The notes: generated from the letters alone by a model not told the origin. DNA of 64,000 bases from Octopus bimaculoides (GCF_001194135.2 NC_068998.1:21781395-21845394); one strand, 5' to 3'; positions 1 to 13,699 are shown, counted from the first letter of the stretch. Translations and numbers: made by a program.

Positions 1-1107
1 ATGTGTGTATGTATGTAAACACATATGTATCTTTTAAATATTGTATCCTTTTTAGCGGCTTCAGTCGTTCGAATCCCGCCATAGCGCTGCCCCACCCTTA
101 ACACTTTAATCGACCACATCGGCGTATTGATTTTGGATTTCTCATTATCATTGCTCTGTAAGTTACAGAGCAAAATCTTAAACAGATAAACACAGAAACA
201 TATATGTAAGGAATGCACGCATATTTACTCACTTACTGACAGATATATATTTATAGATACTTATAAATATACAGTTAATAACATATACAGATGTACATAT
301 ACTTATGTATATATACATACATGCGTCTATAGTATTTTGTTCTTTTACTTGTTTCAGGTCAAAGATGCGCGACGCCATTCTAGTTCTATTGTTCCTATAA
401 CCATATTTGTGTATTTTTGGTAACTCACTACGTTGGTTACCTGTACCTTGCTTGCCTTTCTTTCTATAACGTTGTTTTAAATTCTATCTTAGACTGTAGG
501 TAAACCGTATATTTCTTTAATAAATTTACATTCACTCAACCATGAAAACACTGCGTGTCTGATTGATTAATATGCTGTTCAGCTATCTGATTGAGATGTG
601 AAGATTTTCAGCTTGATGCAAGGTCAGTTACGTCAGTGAATGTCATAACTCTCCAGTCTTCAAGATATTCTGTATGTTTATCTGTGTTGACTTTTTCTGA
701 CTTGGTATCAGAAGGCATTGACCTTTCAGAGTACATAAAACACATTCACCATGAAATCTTGTACTGAGAATCGATCTTGTTTCAATGACTCCTAGTCCTT
801 ATATATCCAGGATGTGACATGTTTGAAGATCCAGTGTTTTGTACCTGCGATTTTTCAACACTAAATTGTCATTGTATTCAGTCCAATTGCATATTGCATT
901 TAGACTTGCTTTAATTTAGTAACACATTCAGGGTTTGATTTTATTACTTTTAACTAGTTGCCCATATACTGGCTAATATATATTAAAAGCTATCACAAAC
1001 AACAATGGCCACAGGACACGTTTCTGACGGACTAAGAGAAAGTCGGCTGAAAATACCCGACATGTGCCTATTAAAACGTTTGTAATCTTTCTTGCAGTTT
1101 TCAAAAT

Positions 1108-1324
1108 ATTCTTTTCTTCTCTAGTCGCAAGTCGAGAAATTTTTGCGAAGGGAGCCAGTCGATTACATCGACCCCAGTACGCAAGTGGTACGTAATTTAT
1201 CGACCTCGAAAGGATGAAAGGCAAAGTCAACCTCGGCGGAATTTGAACTCAGAATATAAAGACAGACGAAATACCGCTAAGCATTTCGCCCATCGTGCTA
1301 ACGTTTCTGCCAGCTCACAGCCTT
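1108..1324 (-). mobile_element. tRNA-derived SINE with Nin-like central domain (family N)
   Basis: The minus strand reads a tRNA-like head (aaggctgtgagctggcagaaacgttagcac...ctgagttcaaattcc), then gttgactttgcctttcatcctttcgaggtcgataaattacgtacc, which resembles the Nin-domain core as I recall it. Related copies lie at 26735, 36387, 55381 and 55820. Confidence 0.75.
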
Positions 1325-2410
1325 GAATTAGCTTACAATATTGGCATTACGTGCTTAAATGATATGTCTTTGTCCTGCATAGAGATATTTTGAGGTAGTT
1401 CCATTTGCGGATATATTTTCTTCTCAGTATACACTGAGCGGTTTGGAAGTTTGCCGGTTATATTTTATAAGTAATCGATAAACTTGAAAGTAATTTTCTG
1501 AATTCTTTTAATCTTTATGAGAAATAATTCTTTTATCATTATCCACCAATCGCTGATCTTATAATTAACTCACAAACGCTATTGGCTGGTTTATAACCGA
1601 GAATTGAAGCTATAGCAGTACAGGTATATGTGTATTAAGAAGACGATGAAAAGACAGCGTGCCAATGGATGGAATATGTTTAGTTGGTAAATGGAAATAT
1701 TTGTATCAAAAGCGTTATTTAATACAAATATCAGAAACGCGAAAACTTGGTATTCTTAGTTTGCTTTCTAAGCATCTAAAAATATGCCAATGATTTATGA
1801 TGCAGTTTTCATAAGCTTATTTGTGCGCAGAAAAAGTAAAAGGAATTTGTAGCCACGAATGTCTTCTAATACGTCTGGTCTACACTACTGACCAAAAAGC
1901 GGATTGCAGAGAAGCTTGGATCAGATTTGTAAGAATGTTCCATATATAGATGACAGACAGGCAGACACAAATATACTTTCCCTTAAATTTTTCCAGGAGA
2001 AAACATTCGTCACTAATGATATTTAAACAATAAACTTTTCAGCATGATGAATTTTATTATCTGTTCATTTAATTTACTTTATTATTTTAGTGTTTTAGGC
2101 ATCATTATCGTTACCTATATTCTCGGAAATTCGTTGTAAACAATGAGTGAAGAACTAATGTAGGTTAGTTGATTTAGCTATCTTGATTGAATTGTGTTCC
2201 AGACTGTAGAAACGTGATTTGCACGCAAATACATTAGTGCTTTGAATGGGTGTACCTTATCATACATACTTCCACTGATACACAGACGTACATAATTGCA
2301 TATACACAAAAATAGACACAAATACTGACGCAAGTACCATATAAGTATACGTACACGAACACACACGCACCCACACTCACACATTATACATACAAATTAT
2401 CCTCTTATAA

Positions 2411-2414
<4 letters not shown>

Positions 2415-2454
<40 letters not shown>

Positions 2455-2619
2455 ATATATATAATATATATATATATATGTATATATATGTATATATNNN
2501 NNNNNNNNNNNNNNNNNNNNNNNNNNNNNNNNNNNNNNNNNNNNNNNNNNNNNNNNNNNNNNNNNNNNNNNNNNNNNNNNNNNNNNNNNNNNNNNNNNNN
2601 NNNNNNNNNNNNNNNNNNN

Positions 2620-2668
<49 letters not shown>

Positions 2669-2705
2669 CATACATGTATATATTTACACACACACATATA
2701 TATAA
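2415..2705. repeat. (CA)n/(TA)n microsatellite cluster around assembly gap 2498-2619
   Basis: Direct reading: dinucleotide runs flank an N-run. Confidence 0.95.
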
Positions 2706-2937
2706 ATACCTATAGAGGATATATATATCTCTATTCACATACAGAACTGCTTGCATGTGTGTTGAAGTACTTGCACACCTGTACGATCTAAATTCGCCGT
2801 TTACCGATAATCAGAGACTTGTTATATCTTTGCCACCTTTCCTCCACAATTTGTGTTACACTTCCAAATAATAGCAGAAGAGCTATCTAATCTCAGCATC
2901 ATCATTTAGTAAATCAGAAGTAACAACAAGTTTATCT

Positions 2938-2938
<1 letters not shown>

Positions 2939-2999
<61 letters not shown>
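2939..2999. repeat. (TTA)n microsatellite
   Basis: About 20 perfect TTA/ATT units. Confidence 0.97.
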
Positions 3000-3000
<1 letters not shown>

Positions 3001-3464
3001 CTAGTTCCTTTATCGAAAATACTCATACAATCTGCCCTTTCTACAAACGTAATTATTGTCATCATCTTCATTTACTACATAGTCTCCGAAAAGTACACCG
3101 TAATCATAGCAAAATAGAAGGAAAATAAATTAAACTCTACGCTTTATTAACCGTTTCTGCTAATGTCGCCCAGTTGTATGACTGACTACTTTTGACTGAC
3201 TACTTTTGACTGACTACTTTACTGTTTATCTGGATATATTACAAGCTGCATGCGATACATGGAAGAAATTCTGAATCAGTAACTGCAAGAAAAATGAATA
3301 CGGTAATATAAGCTGTTTGATTAGATTATTAGATTTTCGTATAAAAATCAATTGATATTTTATATCTGAAACACTCTCTTAATTTCTTATCTACCCATAA
3401 GTGTGTAAACGTACATATGTATTCATGTCTGTATTCATACATGTATGTTTGTATTTAGGTATGT

Positions 3465-3863
3465 ATTATCTATCTATCTATCTATCTACCTATCTAATAC
3501 ACACACATACATGTATACATATATACATACATATATATAGATATGTATGTATATATATATATGTATATATCTATGTATGTATATATATATNNNNNNNNNN
3601 NNNNNNNNNNNNNNNNNNNNNNNNNNNNNNNNNNNNNNNNNNNNNNNNNNNNNNNNNNNNNNNNNNNNNNNNNNNNNNNNNNNNNNNNNNNNNNNNNNNN
3701 NNNNNNNNNNNNNNNNNNNNNNNNNNNNNNNNNNNNNNNNNNNNNNNNNNNNNNNNNNNNNNNNNNNNNNNNNNNNNNNNNNNNNNNNNNNNNNNNNNNN
3801 NNNNNNNNNACACACACACACAAACGTATCTCTTTATCTCTCTCTCCATATATATATATATAT

Positions 3864-3927
<64 letters not shown>

Positions 3928-3935
3928 GTGTATAT
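3465..3935. repeat. Compound (TCTA)/(TA)/(TG)n microsatellites around assembly gap 3591-3809
   Basis: Direct reading. Confidence 0.95.
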
Positions 3936-4114
3936 CAACGTGCTTGTGACAGGTATTCAACACTCACCTTAATACTCTGTATGATTTTAATTGTGCGCTT
4001 GAACTCGTGCGCGGGCGCGTGAGTGCACGCGTCTATGCGTAACTGTACTAATGCGTTTCAGTAATGTAAATCACCATTTCTATTGATTTTACGGTATAAA
4101 GTGAGTTGAGTCCT

Positions 4115-5150
4115 GTGACTGGATGACGTCTTCGTATTTTGGTACAGATTATATAGACAACATCACTTGATATTTTAATTAAATGAATAGCATTCATGAA
4201 TCGATCTAGTTTACTATGGAAATGAAAGAAAGATACCTTTCTTTTATCAGACTGTTAACTATCTTAAGAAAATCTGACTGTTACAAAGAGTCTCTATTGC
4301 CAGGACGTACACCATTACGCAGATTTTAGAGATCGGAAGCCATTCCACATCAAAAGAAAACACCGCCTTTGATATGGCAAGATTCATATGTTCAATAGTT
4401 AAGAACAGAAATAGACGACACTACTGGTAGAACTAAATATATCTCTTCTGAATCAACATACGCTCGAAAAACTTAGTGAATAAGGCCGTAATCACGGTAA
4501 AAAAAAAGATCCCAATTTCTGTCTTATGAACAAGTTCCCAGAACCAGGCTGGAGAGAGAAAGAAAAAAATATTCGATCCGAGAAAACAAAATATCTTACA
4601 TTCGGTATAAAAAGACTATCTTTCAATCCTACAACAACCATCAAATCTCTAAAGAGTAATTAAAGAATCAGAAATTATCAACAGCCGAAGGCAACTACCA
4701 ATACCTAAAAGTCTCTTCACAAACGCGAAATTCATATTAGAGAGAGAAATAATGCCGGTAACAAAATGTGGAAACCTTCGTTCTGGGATCTGTGAAAAAT
4801 TGTTTAGTCCCGAAGAATAAGTAAAGACCAAACAATGAAAAAAATAAAGCCAATGAAGAATAGGATGGAGTTGAAGATAATGCCAATATAAGTTGCAAGG
4901 CAAACATGCTCATTAACTGCAACATATGCCCACGGTAAAATGAGATTTATGTCGGCTAAATATAATTAATATATCAGGTTAGGCAATAAATCAAAGAATC
5001 ATGCCTTTAATATGTTTTCTGGATGGTCACATTTTTATGCCAAGTAAGGAAACTTACAAAACAAATACATTAAAATTTCCTTCATTTTAAAACAAAGGAT
5101 TAGAATCATTTAATTCAAAAGACAGATTCTAAATCCAAAACTAAACCGGA
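4115..5150 (+). mobile_element. Penelope-like retroelement remnant (RT C-terminus, Cys linker, GIY-YIG endonuclease), probably Neptune-type; pseudogenised
   Basis: Hand translation across stops and frameshifts gives DDVFVFW, MNSIHESI*FTME, AFDMARFICSIV, VTKCGNLRSGICEKL (Cys linker), ISCKANMLINCNIC..EIYVG (GIY-YIG-like) and a terminal ILNPKLN, in the order expected for PLE ORFs. Confidence 0.7.
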
Positions 5151-8100
5151 AATAGACAGCAAAATGCATATTACGAACTCGAAAACATAGAACTTAAACC
5201 AGTAAAAAAAATTAAATGTAGCTCTACCACAATAAATCACCTACGTTTCTGAAACTATACATTGTACACATTTTCGATATTCACCCATTTTGCTTACATT
5301 GTGACATTTCCTCTTTATTCTTACGAAGGTTACTGACCAAACATCCACTTCCTTGGAATATCCTTCCAAGAAGTCATATTCTGGTAGGCAATGTTAGTAA
5401 CTGAAAACTAACTATGTTGCACATTCTTTTTATATCCGTGTCCAGGAAAACAAGCAAAATTTCTATTAGGCGTTAGGTCCGTTGTCATATAATTGATTTT
5501 GATCAAAGTCGACCATAGAAAGTTGATAGGTGGCGTCTTTTAAAAAAATATGGGCTGTAATATTGAAATTTAAATCTGATATCACCTTTATTGGTTTGCA
5601 CGGCTACATGATTCTCAATGCCACAAGTTTCAATTCCGTAGACGAATTTATATTTCTTTTTCAATATCGGCCACCATGCATGGCCACAGCTGACAAAATC
5701 AAGTTAAGAGTAGCAGGAAATTCAGGATAATTTCATTTATTTCCAGTATGTTAACACAATGTGAGGAGCGGATAAACTTATAAACTTATTACAGCACGTA
5801 AGAAACATGATTCGAGTATAGTATTGATGATAATTGTGTAAGCCTTGGAGTCAAAAAGTTTCTGGCATCTCGGGAAGAAAATTCTTTTTTCAATTAAGAC
5901 ATTTTCGTTCTCAGATAGAATGTCATTCGTATAAAATTTGAACCAGCATTTTAACTTCGTATACGAATATACCAAAACTGAAATTTTTCAGTTACACATA
6001 ATATAATAACAATGATCTGGTAAAGAGAAGACTGTCAAAACTCACAAAGTTTAACTTTTACTTCAATCTTGAATTTTCAATCAAGATTTCCAGCACGAAC
6101 AATTAAAGTCACAAAGTCACAAATTGCATGGACATAGAACCGATATAACTGATCTTAATGTTTACTTGCTATCAATTTTTACTCATTCATTCACAAATGG
6201 AATCCATTGGGATTTGAATATAAATAATTAGACTATTATTATATATACATGTAGTATTGTAATGATTCGCATGCGACTTGTAGATTGTAAACATACTGGA
6301 ACTAATTAAGAACTGCCCTAAACATTTTCTATATAAATGCAGTACAGTACACAACATTAATCATCATTAGCTTTCACTTGTGTTACATTGCCTTACCATT
6401 ACACATACGCTTAAAATATAATCGTCGATTTTATCATAGAATCAACTGAAAGGTTTGATATCCTACGAAAGGTGAGGTTATATCTATCTATATATCTATA
6501 TATCTATCTCAAGCTATGCATTTACACACAAACATACACACTCAAAGATGCATACACATACACATGCTGAAATATAGTCAGGTAGATATTAAAAGAGATA
6601 TGGATCGGTAAATAAATACAAAATAAAAGTCAATTGATTCTTACATCAAGAGCAGCACAATTCTGAATTCTCAGAAAGCCACTATTAATTAAGTTAGGGA
6701 TTCTTCCATAATTATTGCCATTCTAATCTTACTTAAATCCTTGTAATATTATGACTTACTTGTTTTCCTTAATCACAAAGAACTATACGGAACTATACGG
6801 AACTTTAATAAAGTGTTTCTAACGATTTAACAAACCCTAAAGTAATGGTGTGTCATAGTTCATGAAAATAACGAAGATTATAATGAGTTGGACACGGAGA
6901 GCACCCTAACGAGGTGAATGAGAACAACGACGATGACGTCGACTAGCAAGCCGGCGATGAATACTCATGATGATGAGTAGGAGGAGGTGGAAGAGGAGGG
7001 GAGGAAGATGATGATGACAACGTTTACGACTATGAAATTTAGAACTGAGGAGACGTATGTAAGGAACAGATGTGATGATTATAAAAATGTACCTGAAAAA
7101 ACGTGAGTGCCATTCTGCTCTGGTGTCTTACGATGCTCTGTAGGTTTATGTTGTTTTTAACAATGATATTTATTTAGTTTTAAATTCAGAGGTGATGTTG
7201 CCAATCTTAACACTTCTGAAGAAGTATATAACACGTAATAACGACGACTTTGCAACTAATGCCTCCAACGGATGTGGTGACGACAGTAGAAAGAAAATTA
7301 GCCGTCAAAGTGCAGTAAAATCTTGCGTAATAATAATTTATAAACATTGACGCGTAACGTGTAGAAGCGACAGTTTATAACAGAGAACCTAATAACAGCA
7401 TTTTATTTTTCTTTGTTTGGCATCATAGTTGCGTTACGGGAGAGTTTGATAATAATATAAATCAATTATTTTCCAAACAGTCAAAAACTTGTTTTGTTTT
7501 TCAGAATGTCTGCATCTCGTAACAAACGTTTTCATTAATCGTTGCAAATTACTGTGATTATTCAGAGGATGGTGCAATGCGAAAATAAGTCTAATGATGT
7601 GTAAAATAACATTCTTAATGCCTTTTAAAGTATGAAAAATTGAACTATCAAGTAATAGAATAACGGACAATTTCACCGTCTGTTTATGCACTTTGATGTG
7701 TGTATGTCGTACATCGATCTCTACTAATATATTCTTCGGCAGAATTATATGATTGTGTAGCTATTACTGGAGAGGAGACACAAATGTTTATCTTAGATAT
7801 GGTTAGAAATATCAGAAAGGGTGCAGTTTATTTTAGTTCTAAGATGCTTTCAAGGAAGATCGGAAGAAGATATATGGAATGCCATCGTTGGAACTTTAAA
7901 TAAAATTACACTATCAATTACCGAACAGTGTAAATTTTAAATAGCAATTACATAGCATTATTTATAACTGTAAATATGTTGATTTAAATACCGGGGCTGT
8001 AGTTACCCATTCTATAAGTTGTAAAGCTGTGCTGCTGTGAGATATCTGGAAGGAAACGTTTGAAATCATTTCTAATGGCCTTATAATAGTAAGCGCTATC

Positions 8101-8571
8101 GATTTTTTAATGACAATAAGTGAATGCGAGATATCGTACAGACATCCGTATCTTTCATGAATAGTTACCTCAAGGAAGACTGTATAGTGATATATGTATA
8201 CAGTGCCTGACTAAATGTTTAGCTGTAACTCTTACACCTATGCCTGTTTTCAAATGTTCCCTGAATGAAATCATTCACAATATTTCCAAAGGATCGGCTA
8301 AATAGATCTACTTGTTGCGGATTCACTTAAAATGATTACATTCCTACCCATATAGGTTTTGGTCAACTGGTTGGGAAAAAATAACAATGTATACAGTCTC
8401 AATGGTAGAATGCGAGGGCAAAACCAGTACGATAATAATTTTGATACTCAATGTTTTCAAGTTAATAATTTATAAAACTGACCTTGCATTTAATTATTGA
8501 GATTGCAAACTATATATAAAAGTAATATACTAGTTTAATTTAAACTGTTTATATAAATATCTTCAACAAAC

Positions 8572-8992
8572 GCAGGTGCGGCTGTGAGGTAAGAAACTTG
8601 CTTCCCAGTCACATGGTTCAGGGTTCAGATCCACTGTGTGGCACATTAGCCAAGTGCCTTGGGTCGACCAAATGCTTGTGAATGGATTTGGCAGACGGAA
8701 GCTGAAATAAGTCCGTCGTATATGTTTGTATATATATATATATATATATATATACGTGGGTGTGTATCTATGTGTGTGTGAGTCTTTATGTCTGTGTTTG
8801 TCCTCTTATCACCGCTTGACAACCATTATTGGTGTCTTTATGTCCCTGTAAACTAGCAGTTCGGCAAAAGGGGCAGATAGAAGAAGTGATAGGCTTAAAC
8901 AATAAGTCACCCGGGGTAAATGTGTTCGGCTGAAACCCTTCAAGGCGGTAATCCAGAATGGCGGCAGTCAAATGACTGAATCCAGTAGAAGA
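8572..8992 (+). mobile_element. tRNA-derived SINE with internal microsatellite (family A), full length
   Basis: Head gcaggtgcggctgtgaggtaagaaacttgcttccc...gggttcagatcc, internal (TA)n/(TG)n, and 3' end ggcggcagtcaaatgactgaa. Homologous to copies at 14231, 47075, 49126 and 52545. Confidence 0.85.
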
Positions 8993-9034
8993 ATTAGACG
9001 ATGGAAAATCCTTTCAATAATTATATATTTTGTC

Positions 9035-9235
9035 CTTTATTTGGCTCAGTAATACTAGGGCACCGTCTTAAAGGGCTTAGTTGAGCAAATGACCCACAGT
9101 ACTGAATTTGTTTAGGCCTGATATTATTATATCGACTTCATTTGCTCAACCACTATGATACACAGGCAACTCAACATCGGTTGTTAAGTGGACGTGGCGA
9201 GCGTACAAAAAACACGCACTCACACACTTATAGAG
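9035..9235 (-). mobile_element. Family A SINE, 3' half, degenerate, inverted relative to the 8572 copy
   Basis: gggcaccgtcttaaagggcttagttgagcaaat...caacatcggttgttaag matches the reverse complement of the family A 3' half and ends in the (CA)n run. Confidence 0.65.
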
Positions 9236-9238
9236 ATG

Positions 9239-9350
<112 letters not shown>

Positions 9351-9599
9351 AATAAATTAAATTTCCAGGGATATATCATCCACGTAGATACCGTGTCTGC
9401 TGTCAGGTCAGTTCCAGATGCCTCCTAACACAACGGTCCTTATTCGATGCCCATGCCTACAATAAATTGTGAGACATTGGTACATTTTCTCGTTGGGTGA
9501 TACCCTGTCTCCTACTGAGGTTCCGTAACGTGTAAAACAACATTAATAATAAGGAGAAAGATTCGCACATCGATATTTATTTGACAGTTATTTACACCA

Positions 9600-10120
9600 T
9601 ATTATTATTTACAACATATTACTAAGACCTATACGTGTTTCCACGGCAGCAACTGTACACAGTTGCAGATGCAAGCTTGCAATATTGTCAGCACAGTTTC
9701 ATCAGGGTCCGTAAATTCGGCCTGCTTTGAGTTAATATGAATAAAGAAAGTGTTTGTCGTTTAGAGTTCAGCTGCAGTTAGGGGTGTTGCTATTAATAGG
9801 AATTTGACCTAGATTCCACCCCTGCCGCAGTTGTAGGTGGAGCAAACTCTTAAATAGGTCAAGTTTGGGTTTTTTGTTTTTGTAATGTTCTTAATAATAC
9901 CTAATAGTTCTTCATATTTCCTCATAGTGTAGTGTTCTTAATATTTTCCTAATAGAACTATTAGGAAATATGATAATACTTGTTGTATTCAGTACATTGT
10001 CTATATAGAAGAATTTAGTTAGCTTTCATTCATTTTGGGGATTTTGTTTACTGTTTTATTAATAGTGTGTTGTGTAATGTTTTCATTTAGACTGCCAAAC
10101 GTCCATTTGGGGTGTAGCAC
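9600..10120 (-). mobile_element. Possible Penelope-like element 3' region carrying the hammerhead motif
   Basis: A-rich tail leading into the hammerhead motif, with only a weak ORF-end resemblance (WIRATP-NG) near 10100. Confidence 0.3.
9626..9709 (-). ncRNA. Degenerate type I hammerhead ribozyme motif with long stem II insert
   Basis: Minus strand: gacc CTGATGA [57-nt insert] GAAAC acgt ATA ggtc. Stem I is gacc/ggtc and the stem III loop ACGT is palindromic. G16.2 appears mutated to A and the base of stem II is imperfect. Confidence 0.5.
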
Positions 10121-11182
10121 GAATCCACTGTAATATTTTTAAAATGAAACCTGTTGCAGAATGATATTAAACATCAGAAACACGAGAAGGAAATATTGAT
10201 TATGAAATATAGACTCTGGATCTTTTAGAATTTCTGAACACATTTTAAGAGATGATTTATCAAAACAAATTTGCAATTGATATGCTTTGAAATTATTATC
10301 GTTTCATTTATATAGTTGTTACTCATTTTAATAGCAATAGTGCTATCGAATAATTCAGAAAATTCAAAGGAAAAAAAACCATTGAAACAGTTTTCTATTA
10401 GTATCATTCTGTTTAGTGGGTAATATTCGATAGTGTAAATGTATATATATTCATATTTTTCTCCAAAATATGCATGCTATTGTGTGTATATATGTACACC
10501 CACATGCACAGCCACACACGGCCATACATACACACGCATGCACGCGCACACACGCATGCGCGCTCACACATGCACACACATACACATCTTTGAGCTTGGT
10601 GTGCATAATCGTTTACTTTTTATAAATTATGTCAAATACAAGATTTTATTTCAGTAACTGAACACCGCTTCTATTCAGCTTGCTCATACATGTGGTATCC
10701 ATGACTTCCTGTTTAGGTCTCAATTCTTATTCTTCTATTCATAAATGATGAAATGTTTTCCTCTTTCAACTTTCGCTATTGTTGTTACATCCATGGTCAA
10801 GGATGCACTGCCAATTTTCATTATAAATCTTTATTCTTTGAGTTCAAATTCGTAGGAAGATTTTCTGCTATCTATGAAATATTTAAAAAATTTAAATGGT
10901 TCTTCATGTGCTCTAAAGCGCTGCGTTGTAGGTCACACGTATTATATCTCTACAAATTGTTTCACTTCTCTTCACTAAACAAATATTATGCGTTCATGTT
11001 GTAGATACGCATGCATATAATATCATCTTCCTATAATTAAGTTTACCATTGGAAAATTTCTGCTTTATTATGTATTATATATTAAAACTAGTAATATTCA
11101 AATAAACATATCTCTAACTTAATAACCTCCATAACAGTCAGTTCAGCATTAAGCTATCACATTCTAATGATATTTTCAGTTG

Positions 11183-11778
11183 GAATAAGCTTGCGGCATG
11201 TTCGAACTGGGAAACACTGCGTTTTATCATGGAGAATATATCTCGTTTGTTGACAAATGGTGTGTATAGAACTAGAGCAGCTCACAGGCTGTGAAATTCC
11301 AGCATTTCGGAGTTGTTATCTTCGGTCACAGATAGTTAGCAGGCGGCACTACGAGATGATTGAAGAGATTGACTCTCTGATTGCTTTTGCAGTCACCTTT
11401 CGGTGACTGATGGCGCTATACGGCGGCTCACCGAAAGTAAATTACAATCTCTTTAATTTTACTAATCACTGCTCAGCACTCCCCCTCTGCAATTTAATTA
11501 CGATGAGCCAACGTACAGCACTACCAATCACCTTATGGTGACTGGAAATGCATAAACGAAGAAATCTCTTCAATCAGCTCATAGCGTCGCCTCCGTAGAG
11601 TTTGTGACAGAAGAGGAGATAGCTACTCCTGTAAACTAGCATCTCACAGTTTCGGTAGGTGGCGCTGCGAGTTAATCTAGATGTATACACACCAATTGTC
11701 AACAAATGAGACCAATTTCCAGTGACAAAACGCAGTGAGCAGCTTGTTCCCCAGTTCGAACATTCCCCAAGCATATTC
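11183..11778. mobile_element. Foldback / long-TIR MITE-like element (~230-260 bp imperfect arms, ~110 bp spacer)
   Basis: The left arm gaataagcttgcggcatgttcgaactggg...tttgttgacaaatggtgtgtata...gattgaagagatt...cagtcacc matches the reverse complement of the right arm (gaatatgcttggggaatgttcgaactgggg...tttgttgacaattggtgtgtata...gattgaagagatt...cagtcacc). Confidence 0.75.
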
Positions 11779-13419
11779 AGGTTGATAAAAACTTTTTCAA
11801 GTTTATTTATCACTACCTAGCACCTGCCCTCTGTAACAAACTATTATAATCTTATATACAACACCTTTCCTTAGAAATCGTGAAATTAATTCACATTGAT
11901 TAATCAAGGAATAAATTTTATTCCTGAAACATTCGCTGCTGATATCTAGATGGCTTGCCTTAATATAATTGTCAAAGAGCTGAGGTTTTCACTCTGTTGT
12001 TTACCAAGAGAATATTCAGCAAACTCAACCGGGGTTTACTAATGGCTATATCAAGTAAAATCAATGTAATTGCATGCTTGTTCAAGAGAGACCATTGAGG
12101 TGCTTTGTACTTCTCGTTCATTGAAGCTTTCCCATATTTTTTTCGCAAACTACTTCAAGCGTTTTTCCTTATTACGAAATTGAACCCTAACAATGGAAGC
12201 CAAACCGGAATTAATAGAATACATTGCAGAAAATATGTATATAAGACCATTCACATTTTACTGACGATATAACACGTAAAATAAAAACTGTCATCTGATG
12301 TAATGCATTGAAATATTTCTGGCATTAAGAATATTTTCAGGATATTTGCAATTCTCAACATGTTTCCAAAGAATTTTATGTACACGTCTGCATACTATCT
12401 CATACAGCTCGTATGGGGAAACTAAAACCTTTAGATTATAAAACCTTTAGAAGAAAACTTGTTTCCATGAAGTGTGTGATATCAACTCATCTTCATGTCA
12501 AATTTTTCAGGTTATGTCTGTAATGAGATTTTCATAATATATTTGCCACAAAATATCTTGAAAATTTTTATTACACTTTGCAGCGTTTCGCTCTTCGCTA
12601 TGTTACTTGATCAGATAATTCAGCTCCTTAAAATTTATATCTCGTAAATCGCGTTCGAAGGTTTGATACATTCGAAATCTTAAGTTATTTTCTATCAGTT
12701 ATAGTTTTTATTTCTCATACGTTTCGGAACACTTTCAACACATATTAAATATGATAAACATAAATATAGTTATTTTTTTTTTTTTTAAATGTCCGATTTA
12801 ACGGAAATAGATAGTTAATTTTAGTACACCCTCTATGTATGATTACATACAAGACTGAACATGTAAACTTACGCTTAATATTCTTAGTAAACGCACAATA
12901 CTCAGAACTACATATATCAATTTCATGTATGATACCAATCTAACCTTCTCTCTATTTTGCAACTATATACTCAACAACCAAGATATGTGTAAATAAATAA
13001 GTGCTGTTGTCCTTAATATGATACCAATGACAATGTCCATAAAATTTTAACGTAACATTAATTCTGAAAGATAGAAACATGATATTTATCGTATAAATAT
13101 TTAATATCAGGAAAATGACGTAACATAGCAACGACCATAATTTAGACAACATGACGATGACATTTAAACTAACCAAAATCCAAAGTAATAATTGGACAAA
13201 ATTTGGTATAAGAACGATATCAGTCCATCCCGCTGAGTCGATTAAGAAAGCAATATATTTAGAAATTCGGAAAGCAAGTCTAGATTGAAAAATCTTGTAT
13301 ATATGTAAAAAGAAACTCATCTTATAACACAAAAGAAGGACATGTTGAATGCGTAGTGATTTTCTTCAATACTTATTTGCATACATGCAATGTATACCTT
13401 CACACTCATATATATATTT

Positions 13420-13446
13420 CAACACACACACACACGCACACACACA

Positions 13447-13483
<37 letters not shown>

Positions 13484-13662
13484 TCTCCCTCTCCCTCTCC
13501 CTCTTTCTCTCTCTCTCTCTATATATATTTATATATATGTATATCTATATGTATGTATGTATGTATATATATANNNNNNNNNNNNNNNNNNNNNNNNNNN
13601 NNNNNNNNNNNNNNNNNNNNNNNNNNNNNNNNNNNNNNNNNNNNNNNNNNNNNNNNNNNNNN

Positions 13663-13699
<37 letters not shown>

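Noticed and set aside
3180-3220. 14-bp unit gactgactactttt repeated three times
   Set aside because: A simple local slippage duplication with no spacers; not CRISPR-like. No CRISPR array is present in the window.
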